Both the position numbers and the translations under genes were made by a program. Below the pieces are notes generated by a model, which saw only the letters and a list, made by a program, of their open reading frames with translations, made no database searches and was not told where the DNA came from. A stretch of 64,000 bases of DNA from a virus, in IMG/VR virus record IMGVR_UViG_3300036715_001140, positions 64,001 through 128,000 of that record, one strand, 5' to 3'. Positions 21,922 through 30,232 of this stretch are shown in pieces. Numbering within the stretch: the stretch's first letter is position 1; every line of letters begins with the position of its first letter.

Positions 21922-22385
21922 ATATTACTCCTATATTTATAAATATAGTATCTCTTTTATTAACTATTAGTAATATGGATATAGGCAGTTTATTAGATAG
22001 GTTAGAATGTATTGATTAGGATAATACATTACTATTGGTTGTAGGTGGTAAGCTTATTCCTATGGTATTTATATCCATATTTATTGCAATCTGAGTTTTT
22101 GATATGTGAAACTTCTGATAAATATATTCAATAATACATTCTGGACTCATAGTATGTTCTTTATATAAAAGATATATGTGTTTTACAGATAAAGCATAAT
22201 CTTTCTGTGTAAATAAGTCCATTTAAATCATATATAGTATTGTGTTCACATACTTTAGTTTTTTCTATATGCTTTATCTACATCTTCAACTTCTTGTTCT
22301 GTAGCAGGTCTTACTTTAGACGCTAGTACATAAGGACCCTAATATTCTTTATCATATTTTACGAATGGAGCAGGCATGTTTCCTC

Positions 22386-22652
22386 TTATAACCAATGTTC
22401 TATATCTTTACGAAGAATAGTTGCACGTTCTACCTGCATTGCATTACCTGAAGTAAAATACTTTCTCACAATAGCTGCAAGTTGTCTATCACGTTCAATA
22501 GGATCAACTACTTCAAGATATGTTGTTCCATCATAGATATAAATAGTAGTTCCGTAACGATTAACTACTTTAGCGTAGTCACCTCTACTTGCAGGTATCT
22601 TACAAAGTTCTTCATAAGAACTAGCTACTTTATCAGTATGAGTGTTTAGCAT
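22386..22652 (-). CDS. hypothetical protein
   Basis: ORF track; AAGGAG RBS. Confidence 0.55.
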   Translation of the reverse strand: MLNTHTDKVASSYEELCKIPASRGDYAKVVNRYGTTIYIYDGTTYLEVVDPIERDRQLAAIVRKYFTSGNAMQVERATILRKDIEHWL

Positions 22653-22775
22653 TTTACTAGCTCCTTAAAAGCTACTACAAATTCATCCTCATGAAGATGA
22701 ATAGGTTGATTTTTATTTGATAGATAGTTACCAGGAGCATCCATCTATGCTTGCCCATATCCTTCTGGACATTTA

Positions 22776-23111
22776 TTATTCGGTTTCTGATTCATTAGAT
22801 TTAAGCCTCTCTTTCCAAGTGTTAATATATTGTTGACAAATAAGACATGTTACTTTATCAATATCGTAAGTTATTCTATTTCTATCACCTACAGGTGTTT
22901 TACATATAGCTCTACCATTATCTGCTTCTAAATGTATTTTTAGCTCATTTAAAATAAGTATATTACAGCCATTTTTATCACATACTCTTTTCATAGAGTC
23001 AATTGCACTATATACATGTCCTGCAACTAAACCATTTGCTAGAAGCCTTATAACACGCAAGCGATCTTTATGTGGAATAATTTTTACTAGTTCTTCATAA
23101 TTATTAGACAT
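22776..23111 (-). CDS. hypothetical protein
   Basis: ORF track; downstream of promoter motif. Confidence 0.55.
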   Translation of the reverse strand: MSNNYEELVKIIPHKDRLRVIRLLANGLVAGHVYSAIDSMKRVCDKNGCNILILNELKIHLEADNGRAICKTPVGDRNRITYDIDKVTCLICQQYINTWKERLKSNESETE

Positions 23112-23158
23112 AATGTTAAACCTCGTTACTACATATTTTTAAATATTTTTATATTGTA

Positions 23159-23172
23159 TATTTACAGTATTA
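23159..23172 (-). promoter_or_regulatory. putative phage promoter motif TAATACTGTAAATA
   Basis: immediately after a terminator and upstream of the next gene. Confidence 0.55.
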
Positions 23173-23207
23173 AAAATAAAAAAGTAGCATAGATATCTAT
23201 GCTACTT
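23172..23207 (-). terminator. intrinsic terminator
   Basis: palindrome AAGTAGCATAGATATCTATGCTACTT followed by T-tract on the minus strand. Confidence 0.7.
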
Positions 23208-23212
23208 CTAGT

Positions 23213-23497
23213 TTAAACTTTTACTATTGTTCTAGCCCTGTGTATTTCTTGTTTACGCCTAACTCGTATGTATTCCTCACTAGGAACTGTAGTTGCATTA
23301 GTTATGTCTATAAAACCATTATTATAAAAATATGTTAGTTTTGTATATTCTTTCTTATTATTATGATCATCAAAAAATTTAATTTCAGCTAAGTCTCCAT
23401 ACTTAAATTCTTTGATCTTTAAATTTTCCAACTCCCTTAGTTTAAGTAAGGCCAAGTCCTTTGTATCTTCTACTATTTTAAAGACCTTAACTTTCAT
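23213..23497 (-). CDS. hypothetical protein
   Basis: ORF track; AGGAG RBS. Confidence 0.55.
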   Translation of the reverse strand: MKVKVFKIVEDTKDLALLKLRELENLKIKEFKYGDLAEIKFFDDHNNKKEYTKLTYFYNNGFIDITNATTVPSEEYIRVRRKQEIHRARTIVKV

Positions 23498-23513
23498 ATA
23501 TCACTCCTAATTC

Positions 23514-24212
23514 TTATATAGAAGAAGAATCATATTCAAAATATGGAGTACAATCTTTATAATACTTTTTACAACGAGCACTAAATCTTTTAAGATCATC
23601 TTTTAGATCCGGAGGAAGTTCATTGAAAAATTTTTCTTTGATAACTGACTTATCTTCACCTGAATTTAAAAGATCTAAAATATTTTTAATTCGTCCCATA
23701 GCAAGTTGCCTACCTTGTAACTTAGAAAAATGATCTTGAGTATCACACTTTGACCATCCGATTAGATAGCTGTTTGAAGGAACATGCAAAACAGATACAA
23801 ACATAGCAACAGGATTGCCTTTAGTTTCTTTTAATGTAATAGTCTTTCTTTTTGTTTTTTCATCTACAACTACAGATGAAATAAATACTGGTTTACGTGC
23901 ATAATCTACAAGATAATTTTTAACTAGTTCTTTCATTCTCTCATCTCCTTGTTGTTTTTTGTTTACTAGATCATCTACGAATGAAACTATGTCTTCTACC
24001 CTATTCCAGCTGTCTATTACTTCTTCTGAAATTCCTGAATCATCATACTCTCCTTCATGGTCATAATTATCTAAAATGTCTAGTATAATGTCTTGTATCT
24101 CTTCTTCATAGATGCCTATAAAATTAAGTTTATCTGATAACTTTATATCTTCTACATCTACATATGAGTATACAGAAATTAAATCTATTACATCATCTTC
24201 TACATTCATCAT
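23514..24212 (-). CDS. acyl-carrier-protein-like domain (no Ppant serine) fused to a phage domain of unknown function
   Basis: first ~90 aa follow the ACP helical pattern; internal in-frame RBS plus ATG at 23936. Confidence 0.5.
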   Translation of the reverse strand: MMNVEDDVIDLISVYSYVDVEDIKLSDKLNFIGIYEEEIQDIILDILDNYDHEGEYDDSGISEEVIDSWNRVEDIVSFVDDLVNKKQQGDERMKELVKNYLVDYARKPVFISSVVVDEKTKRKTITLKETKGNPVAMFVSVLHVPSNSYLIGWSKCDTQDHFSKLQGRQLAMGRIKNILDLLNSGEDKSVIKEKFFNELPPDLKDDLKRFSARCKKYYKDCTPYFEYDSSSI

Positions 24213-24907
24213 GATATTACCTCCTCCTTTTCCTCATCCTTTTTCTTTCTTAAAATTGCATATCTTTCTTTTTCTACTTCGTCTTCAATTAAGTTATAAA
24301 AATATACAGTTCTGTCTAACTCATAGTTACAGGCATCTTCACTTGAAATTTCTGACCAAATTTGTCTTTCTATATTTTTATCTACATTATTTTTAGAACA
24401 TAAATCATAGTTTGTCTTTATTTCAAAAAGTTCTGAAACATCTATTGCGTAAATAACTTGTCTCATAGAGTGATTAGGAACTTTGATTGAGCCTTTTACT
24501 ATTTGTATTTCAGAAGGTAGTATATTTACTAAAGGCTTTATAATAGTTTTAAGCCTGTTTAGTCTTGTAGTATATGCTCGTATCTTTCGATAAGGCATTT
24601 CTAAAAACATTTGGTCAGAACCTTTATCATTTTTTACTGATAAAACTTTTTCTGTTACATAATTGTTTACGGTTTTACCATATTGTCCATCAAAACCTCC
24701 AGCTTGAACATACTCTTTAAAGAAGCATGGGAATTTTCTTTGTCTAGGTTCAAAAACATATACACATAAACCATTTATAACATGGTCACAGCCTTCGCAA
24801 TTTTCATGTAATTGTCTTTTAGGAGGACGCTTTAAATCTGCACAATAATAAGTAGAGCTGTTTACTTCATTTTTTGGTATTGTTGCAAAAATTGGATCTT
24901 TAGGCAT
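24209..24907 (-). CDS. hypothetical protein with Cys-rich N-terminus
   Basis: ORF track; AAGGAG RBS. Confidence 0.6.
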   Translation of the reverse strand: MPKDPIFATIPKNEVNSSTYYCADLKRPPKRQLHENCEGCDHVINGLCVYVFEPRQRKFPCFFKEYVQAGGFDGQYGKTVNNYVTEKVLSVKNDKGSDQMFLEMPYRKIRAYTTRLNRLKTIIKPLVNILPSEIQIVKGSIKVPNHSMRQVIYAIDVSELFEIKTNYDLCSKNNVDKNIERQIWSEISSEDACNYELDRTVYFYNLIEDEVEKERYAILRKKKDEEKEEVIS

Positions 24908-24922
24908 AAATTACTCCTTAAA

Positions 24923-25198
24923 TTAGTGCTTTAATTCTTTTCGTTTTATTGTCCACTTATAAATACCTAAGATATTTATCACCATAAAAATAACGTTAGT
25001 TAAAACAAAACTAATATCCTTTGTTATAAATCCATATATAAAAAATATTATTGTGGCTATACCAGACAATGGATAGGCTATTTTTAATTGCCCTTTTAAG
25101 TTATAAATAGCTGCAGATAAGATACATCCATTTGCTAATAACGAAATAAAATTTTCTGGTTTACTAAATTCAAACCATTTTTCTAATAACATATACAC
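24923..25198 (-). CDS. small three-TM membrane protein (PQ-loop/PnuC-like)
   Basis: three hydrophobic segments, ends INILGIYKW plus basic tail. Confidence 0.55.
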   Translation of the reverse strand: MYMLLEKWFEFSKPENFISLLANGCILSAAIYNLKGQLKIAYPLSGIATIIFFIYGFITKDISFVLTNVIFMVINILGIYKWTIKRKELKH

Positions 25199-25201
25199 CT
25201 C

Positions 25202-25483
25202 TTATTTAGAAGGTTTTAAAGCCTTCTTTATCTTAGCTTCCAGGTTATATATTTCTTTTCCTGAGAGTTTTATATGTATAGTATCTTTATAGTTAAGTCT
25301 TTCGTTATGTATAAATATTTTTAAACAATTATCATCATTACTAATTTCCATGTCTATAAAAGAATGATTCGGATGAGGTGAAGTCTCTTTACTATATACT
25401 TCTTGTGAGGATGAAGGAAAATAACTTGGAGGTGAATAAAATAAATCCTGTTCAAATATTGTCAACAACGCTACGAAGGCCAT
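25202..25483 (-). CDS. hypothetical protein
   Basis: ORF track. Confidence 0.5.
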   Translation of the reverse strand: MAFVALLTIFEQDLFYSPPSYFPSSSQEVYSKETSPHPNHSFIDMEISNDDNCLKIFIHNERLNYKDTIHIKLSGKEIYNLEAKIKKALKPSK

Positions 25484-25512
25484 ACTTTATACCCTCATTT
25501 TATTTTTTAATA

Positions 25513-25526
25513 TATTAACAGTTTTA
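25513..25526 (-). promoter_or_regulatory. putative phage promoter motif TAAAACTGTTAATA
   Basis: directly after a terminator and upstream of the next gene. Confidence 0.55.
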
Positions 25527-25529
25527 GAC

Positions 25530-25564
25530 AAAAAAGAAGGGTAGCGGTTTTATCCACTACCCTT
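25530..25564 (-). terminator. intrinsic terminator
   Basis: AAGGGTAGTGG-ATAAAA-CCGCTACCCTT followed by CTTTTTT. Confidence 0.8.
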
Positions 25565-25569
25565 TTTTA

Positions 25570-25747
25570 GAACCTTGAATTAGTAATAACTAACAGGTTC
25601 CAGCTCGTAGCCTTTCTCTGATGTCTTAAGGCGACTTTCCTAAGTTTTAAGACTTGTCAGATACTCACTCTAGCTCTAAGGAGGGCTCTGTTTGGAACGC
25701 ATGAAAACAGAGAGATGCAGCACACACTGTACAAAAGAAAGTCGCCT
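25570..25747 (-). ncRNA. candidate structured (pseudoknotted) RNA of unknown family
   Basis: ORF-free, GC-richer than flanks, four stems identifiable by eye, followed by a terminator. Confidence 0.45.
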
Positions 25748-26210
25748 ATTTTAGTAAATTTGTTATAATTTCATTTGCAACTTTTCCTTCAAACTGATTT
25801 TTATACTCAGAAGATAAATGTTTCATTATCTGACCTTTATTTACTAAAGGAGTTGTATTAATAAAGTTTTCAATAATTTTAGTCAATTCTTGAACCGTAA
25901 GTTGTTTAGGTAGATAGGCTGTTAAGATATCTATCTCTACCTCAAACTGTAAAGGAGATACTAAAGTAATATGTGATGATTTTTTACAAATTTCTAAGTT
26001 CTCTTTTGCCTTTTTAATAAACTGTTGTATAACGTTAGTAACAACCAAGTCTTCAGGTTCTTTTTTATCTTTACAACAATCACCAATTAAGGTAGCTAAT
26101 AAGTTCTTTTTTATATCAGCTAACTTTTTACCGTTTTCATCTTTACTTTTGTATGACTCAAGCATAGCTTCTTTTTTATCTAATTTGATCTTATCAATAA
26201 GCAACATCAT
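25746..26210 (-). CDS. GatB/YqeY-domain protein
   Basis: IKLDKKEAM...EIDILTAYLPKQLT...GQIMKHL. Confidence 0.85.
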   Translation of the reverse strand: MMLLIDKIKLDKKEAMLESYKSKDENGKKLADIKKNLLATLIGDCCKDKKEPEDLVVTNVIQQFIKKAKENLEICKKSSHITLVSPLQFEVEIDILTAYLPKQLTVQELTKIIENFINTTPLVNKGQIMKHLSSEYKNQFEGKVANEIITNLLK

Positions 26211-26225
26211 ATACTCCTTATAATA

Positions 26226-27149
26226 TTATATCTTCTCAAATGGTATATCTGAAATAACGCACCCTGCAGCACCTTTGTGTCCGCCACCACCATAAGTTTT
26301 TGCAATAACAGAGCAGTCTACATTGTCCTTCTGACTGTAAAAACTAATATCGAACTTTTCACCATTAAATACAAAGCGAATACACACATCATACTCTTCT
26401 ATTAAAGAACCAAATTGTCCACTACCTTTATTACCTGTATTTAATGCAAATGAACTCAATTCTTCAAAACCTATTATTGAAGCCTTGTATCCATAGTCTT
26501 TAATATACTTTTTGTTATTAACAGATAAATATTTTGAAACTTCAATTCCAGCTTCACAATACTTTAAGATGTCTAGATCATCACAAAGAAATCCTTTTTT
26601 AAACCACCATTCAAGAGCTTCAGGTATACTTGGATCTAAGTCCATAGTTCTTAATCCAAGTTGTAATTTGCTCATGAAACTCCAATTTGATTGGGATTTA
26701 TCCCAAACATCATAACGTCCTAACCAGTATACGATTGGACATTTAATTCTAATTTTGCTTAAAAGATCTTTAGCTTGTTCTTTAACATAACTAGAGTCTT
26801 TAAGATTCATTTTAAAGTACATATAGGTTAGTTCACAACCAGAAATACCATCAACTTGAAGACCTTCTAATACAAGATCTTTACATGCATCTAAGGATGT
26901 CTTATGATGGTCAATCCACACAAAAGATTTGGTAGAATCTTTTATTTTTAACATCTTATCTAATGGAAATGAAAAGTCTACCATTATAACTTCATCTTCT
27001 TTTGTAAGAAAGGATAAATCATGTGAATCAACATCTACATAATCAATACCTATTAATTTTACCAATTTAGGGTTTTCAATAGTAGACATAACAATAGCGG
27101 CAGAACAGAATCCGTCAAAATCTGAACTATGATAATAGATGTAACGCAT
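26226..27149 (-). CDS. DHH/DHHA1 phosphoesterase
   Basis: YHSSDFDG, MVDFS, WIDHH, GGGGHKGAAG. Confidence 0.92.
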   Translation of the reverse strand: MRYIYYHSSDFDGFCSAAIVMSTIENPKLVKLIGIDYVDVDSHDLSFLTKEDEVIMVDFSFPLDKMLKIKDSTKSFVWIDHHKTSLDACKDLVLEGLQVDGISGCELTYMYFKMNLKDSSYVKEQAKDLLSKIRIKCPIVYWLGRYDVWDKSQSNWSFMSKLQLGLRTMDLDPSIPEALEWWFKKGFLCDDLDILKYCEAGIEVSKYLSVNNKKYIKDYGYKASIIGFEELSSFALNTGNKGSGQFGSLIEEYDVCIRFVFNGEKFDISFYSQKDNVDCSVIAKTYGGGGHKGAAGCVISDIPFEKI

Positions 27150-27173
27150 TATTACATGTTTCCTTTCAGTTAA

Positions 27174-27249
27174 TGGAGTTGGCGATAGGACTCGAATCTG
27201 CAGTCTACTGATTACAAGTCAACTGCTCTACTAATTAAGCTATACTAGC
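27174..27249 (-). pseudogene. degenerate tRNA-Thr(UGU)
   Basis: 76-nt cloverleaf layout with loop CTTGTAA and CCA end, but three acceptor-stem mismatches and a broken T-stem. Confidence 0.7.
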
Positions 27250-27268
27250 ATTTTATCTAATAAACAAG

Positions 27269-27628
27269 TTATTCTCTAGATCTTAAAAAATTCAATCTTG
27301 ATTTTAATTCGCTTAATTCTTCTGACCATTCTATAATTTGTTCTGAATTTATTATAATACTTTCAGAACTTTCTGAGTATCGAATAATTGCTTTTGCAAG
27401 TTCCTCAATTCTTGATTCTAACCACAATGTATGAGATATAATACCAATTGGAGGTTTATCTACATCTTCGGATGTTTTAAATTTTATATCAAGAATATAT
27501 CTTGAAGGTTTGCCTGTAGAAGAATATGGTTCACAAGGTTCTACATGGATATTAGCTATATCTGTATAGACAGAAGTTACGGCATTCAAAAGTGATTCAA
27601 TTAATTTTTCAACTGTGTCTCGTTTCAT
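27269..27628 (-). CDS. hypothetical protein
   Basis: ORF track; AAGGAG RBS. Confidence 0.6.
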   Translation of the reverse strand: MKRDTVEKLIESLLNAVTSVYTDIANIHVEPCEPYSSTGKPSRYILDIKFKTSEDVDKPPIGIISHTLWLESRIEELAKAIIRYSESSESIIINSEQIIEWSEELSELKSRLNFLRSRE

Positions 27629-27643
27629 TCTAGCTCCTTATTA

Positions 27644-27997
27644 TTATGAAAGTTCTTTTTCTATATCACAAAAATGTAAAGGTTTCTTATAACAAACGAT
27701 ATTCCGTTCTTTAGAACCTTTTAGTATCTCTGGACTGGCAGACATAAATATAATCTTAGTGTCTGGTGCATAATCTTGTACATAAAGTGCAAGTTGAGCT
27801 CCTGTAATACCAGGCATCATAATATCTGTCAAAAGTAAGGCTATGAACATAGCCTTTAGAATATGCATCGCTGAAGCATAAGAATCAGCTAAGTAAATAT
27901 TTTTATAACCGTTTGACTCAAATAATGTCTTACACAATTCAAGACTAAAATAATCATCATCAACTATCAATATATTACTTGACTTATCTATAGCCAT
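27644..27997 (-). CDS. single-domain response regulator (CheY-like receiver)
   Basis: ILIVDDD, LTDIMMPGITG, IIFMSA, KKP; start reassigned to ATG 27997 (GGAGG RBS) because the longer ORF runs through the tmRNA 3' end. Confidence 0.9.
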   Translation of the reverse strand: MAIDKSSNILIVDDDYFSLELCKTLFESNGYKNIYLADSYASAMHILKAMFIALLLTDIMMPGITGAQLALYVQDYAPDTKIIFMSASPEILKGSKERNIVCYKKPLHFCDIEKELS

Positions 27998-28015
27998 AAT
28001 ACCTCCTGCTAAAAT

Positions 28016-28455
28016 TGGTGGAGGTGGAGGGCTCCGACTCCCTCGTCTTGCATATGCATCCATAATCACATCTACGCTAATAGCTTCATTTAATTTAAAC
28101 ACTGGAGTAATAGAAGCCTAAACTATCCAGAGTCGATTAAGTTTTATGCTGAAAACTTACAAACAGGTTCCTCTTGTTAGCTACACATAACTTACCGAAA
28201 TGTGATCTTCTGTTACTCAGCGAAGGTTTACTAAGAGTATCTTCCTTTACTGTACCTACGATTCTACTGTAGGAATTTGTTACTTCTAAGCTGCTGCCAA
28301 TTGGTCGAAACCATAGTTGTCAGCAGTGAAGAAGCCTTTTACTTTTTCAATTACAGTGTTTGCATTTATTGTTTAGTGGATTATTAATGAGGCCAACCAC
28401 AATCCTCATAGCGCAGTAATTACTTTACATACACAATCGAATCCAATTCACCCCC
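28016..28455 (-). ncRNA. ssrA: tmRNA
   Basis: 5' GGGGGTGAATTGGATTCGA; 3' GAC-GAGGG..CCCTC-CACCTCCACCA with G3.U70 Ala determinant; resume context ATAAAT-GCA; tag ANTVIEKVKGFFTADNYGFDQLAAA* at 28363..28286. Confidence 0.93.
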
Positions 28456-28464
28456 ATAATTAAT

Positions 28465-28644
28465 TTAAGGCATTACACCACGTTTTGGTTTCTAGTCACG
28501 GTATTACGACCTATGCTGATTGTTACTCCCGATTGAAGCTTTCACCTAAACAGTCTATTGATATATTATTTCTAAGTAGACATATAACTTAGGCTATTGC
28601 TAAATAGAGAGATTTTTCGCAGACAATTGGTATCCGTGTCTTAA
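28465..28644 (-). ncRNA. candidate 6S-like rod-shaped RNA
   Basis: 180 nt, ORF-free, 5' and 3' ends pair, nested stems around an asymmetric internal bubble. Confidence 0.4.
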
Positions 28645-28647
28645 GTA

Positions 28648-28842
28648 TTAGTATAAAGCTAGCTTAGACTTATTCTTTTTATCTTTAAGTTTAAGCTTAA
28701 AACTTACTTCAAAAGTAGACTTACAACTAGGGCACTCTATTGGTACTATTTCTTTATTCTTTGTTACCAAGAGTTTAATATCATTTTTAGTAGCTACTTT
28801 AATTGTCTCTTTACACTCAGGACATTCTACAAATACTAACAT
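28648..28842 (-). CDS. small zinc-ribbon protein
   Basis: CPEC...CPSC. Confidence 0.65.
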   Translation of the reverse strand: MLVFVECPECKETIKVATKNDIKLLVTKNKEIVPIECPSCKSTFEVSFKLKLKDKKNKSKLALY

Positions 28843-28857
28843 ACTCTCTCCATAAAT

Positions 28858-29043
28858 TCAATGATGTATACTATATATATTAAACTCAAATCCTTTAAGT
28901 CCACGATAGAAATTTATAAATAATCCTTTATGGGGACCACTTGTTTTTACCATAAAAGTCCAGCTATACTTTTTATCACTACTTATAAGGACGTTACTTC
29001 CAATCTCATAAACTATATCTTTTGTAATCATTCCATGTTTCAT
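28858..29043 (-). CDS. hypothetical protein
   Basis: ORF track; GAGG RBS. Confidence 0.5.
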   Translation of the reverse strand: MKHGMITKDIVYEIGSNVLISSDKKYSWTFMVKTSGPHKGLFINFYRGLKGFEFNIYSIHH

Positions 29044-29061
29044 TTACTAACCTCTTAATTA

Positions 29062-29136
29062 TGGCTCCCGAAGTAGGACTCGAACCTACAACCTAATGAT
29101 TAACAGTCATTTGCTCCACCATTGAGCTATTCGGGA
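29062..29136 (-). tRNA. tRNA-Asn(GUU)
   Basis: full cloverleaf, AATGA-CTGTTAA-TCATT anticodon arm, GGTTCGAGTCC T-arm, CCA. Confidence 0.95.
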
Positions 29137-29180
29137 GTGTAAAATAATGACAACCACTCTAAAATATAATTGTCATTATA

Positions 29181-29267
29181 TGGTGCGGGTAGGGAGACTT
29201 GAACTCCCACAACCTTACGGTCAACGGATTTTGAGTCCGGTGCGTCTTCCTATTCCGCCATACCCGC
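29181..29267 (-). tRNA. tRNA-Leu(CAA)
   Basis: cloverleaf with long variable arm, loop CTCAAAA, ACCA end. Confidence 0.95.
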
Positions 29268-29275
29268 ATATACTA

Positions 29276-29644
29276 CTAACCACAATAGATAAATTCTATT
29301 TCACCACCCCATTGACGGCGTTTCTTTGTACTATGTTTCCATGAACCACGATAATGATTTATCGGAATATCATCGTATGTACTAATTAATGATTTTGCAT
29401 TACGTCTTCTATTTACAGTTTTTGATATTTGTTTGAACTGATCTACAAAGTCATACCATTTACGTTTTTCCTGAACGCTTTGTGAGCGCCACATTCTACT
29501 TTTGTTCCATCTATGCTTATGAATACCTGGAACTGGACCTAACCTATACACAAAGTAATGATTTGCATATTTAGTAGAATACAGAAAATAACGTTCACCT
29601 CTTATTAGTTTTGAATACTTTTCTGGTTTAAAAGAATAGTACAT
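29276..29644 (-). CDS. small basic protein (…YDD…SWK…RQW type)
   Basis: Arg/Lys/Trp-rich ORF; RBS lies inside a hairpin. Confidence 0.65.
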   Translation of the reverse strand: MYYSFKPEKYSKLIRGERYFLYSTKYANHYFVYRLGPVPGIHKHRWNKSRMWRSQSVQEKRKWYDFVDQFKQISKTVNRRRNAKSLISTYDDIPINHYRGSWKHSTKKRRQWGGEIEFIYCG

Positions 29645-29650
29645 TGTTTC

Positions 29651-29703
29651 CTCCCACTAGGTTTAGTTACCTAATGGAAGTATTCTTCTTGTCCTCTATA
29701 CAT
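29651..29703 (-). promoter_or_regulatory. leader uORF (MYRGQEEYFH*) overlapping an RBS-sequestering hairpin
   Basis: uORF 29703..29671 with AAGGAG RBS; 12-bp stem CUUCCAUUAGGU/ACCUAGUGGGAG covers the downstream GGAG. Confidence 0.6.
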
Positions 29704-29799
29704 AAGTATCTCCTTATCCTAGTCTCTCCTAAAAGTAACACCACTTTAACGTGATATTCTTATGAAGAAAAATAGTCTACAGGTGTAGCCTAAATAAAA

Positions 29800-29868
29800 T
29801 TATTTTCCTTTAGTCTTATCTTTCTTTGGTTTCTTAGCTTCACGTCCACCTTTGTCCTTGTTTCCCAT
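29800..29868 (-). CDS. 22-aa Lys-rich micro-protein
   Basis: AAGGAG RBS then MGNKDKGGREAKKPKKDKTKGK*; below the ORF-track cutoff. Confidence 0.55.
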   Translation of the reverse strand: MGNKDKGGREAKKPKKDKTKGK

Positions 29869-29893
29869 TACTGTTCTCCTTATAAGTTTTTAT

Positions 29894-29968
29894 TGGAGCG
29901 ACCAATCGGGTTCGAACCGATGACGTTCAGCTTGGAAGGCTGACATTCTACCACTGAATTATGGTCGC
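29894..29968 (-). tRNA. tRNA-Gly(UCC)
   Basis: TCAGC-CTTCCAA-GCTGA anticodon arm, U73 discriminator, CCA. Confidence 0.95.
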
Positions 29969-30232
29969 TTATATTTAGAATTATAATTCATCACGTCTGC
30001 TTATTACATAAATAAAAAGAAGTAATAAAATAAAGTGTATTAAAAATACAGCATTTACAGTCAGATTTTTAGTATCTACTGCATCTGAAGTTGTAGATTT
30101 AAGTTTTGATACTGATCATAAGTTAAAAGGTAATTTTAACATGTAATGCCTCTAGTAGCTTAATTTATAAAATTAAGGGTTGCTAGGAGAGGCTAACAAC
30201 CCCTGTTGTTTAATAATTATTAGTCTATATAG

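Noticed and set aside
27998-28102. N-terminal extension of the response regulator (RRGSRSPPPP)
   Set aside because: It is the tmRNA 3' end read as protein; a good RBS and ATG exist at 27997.
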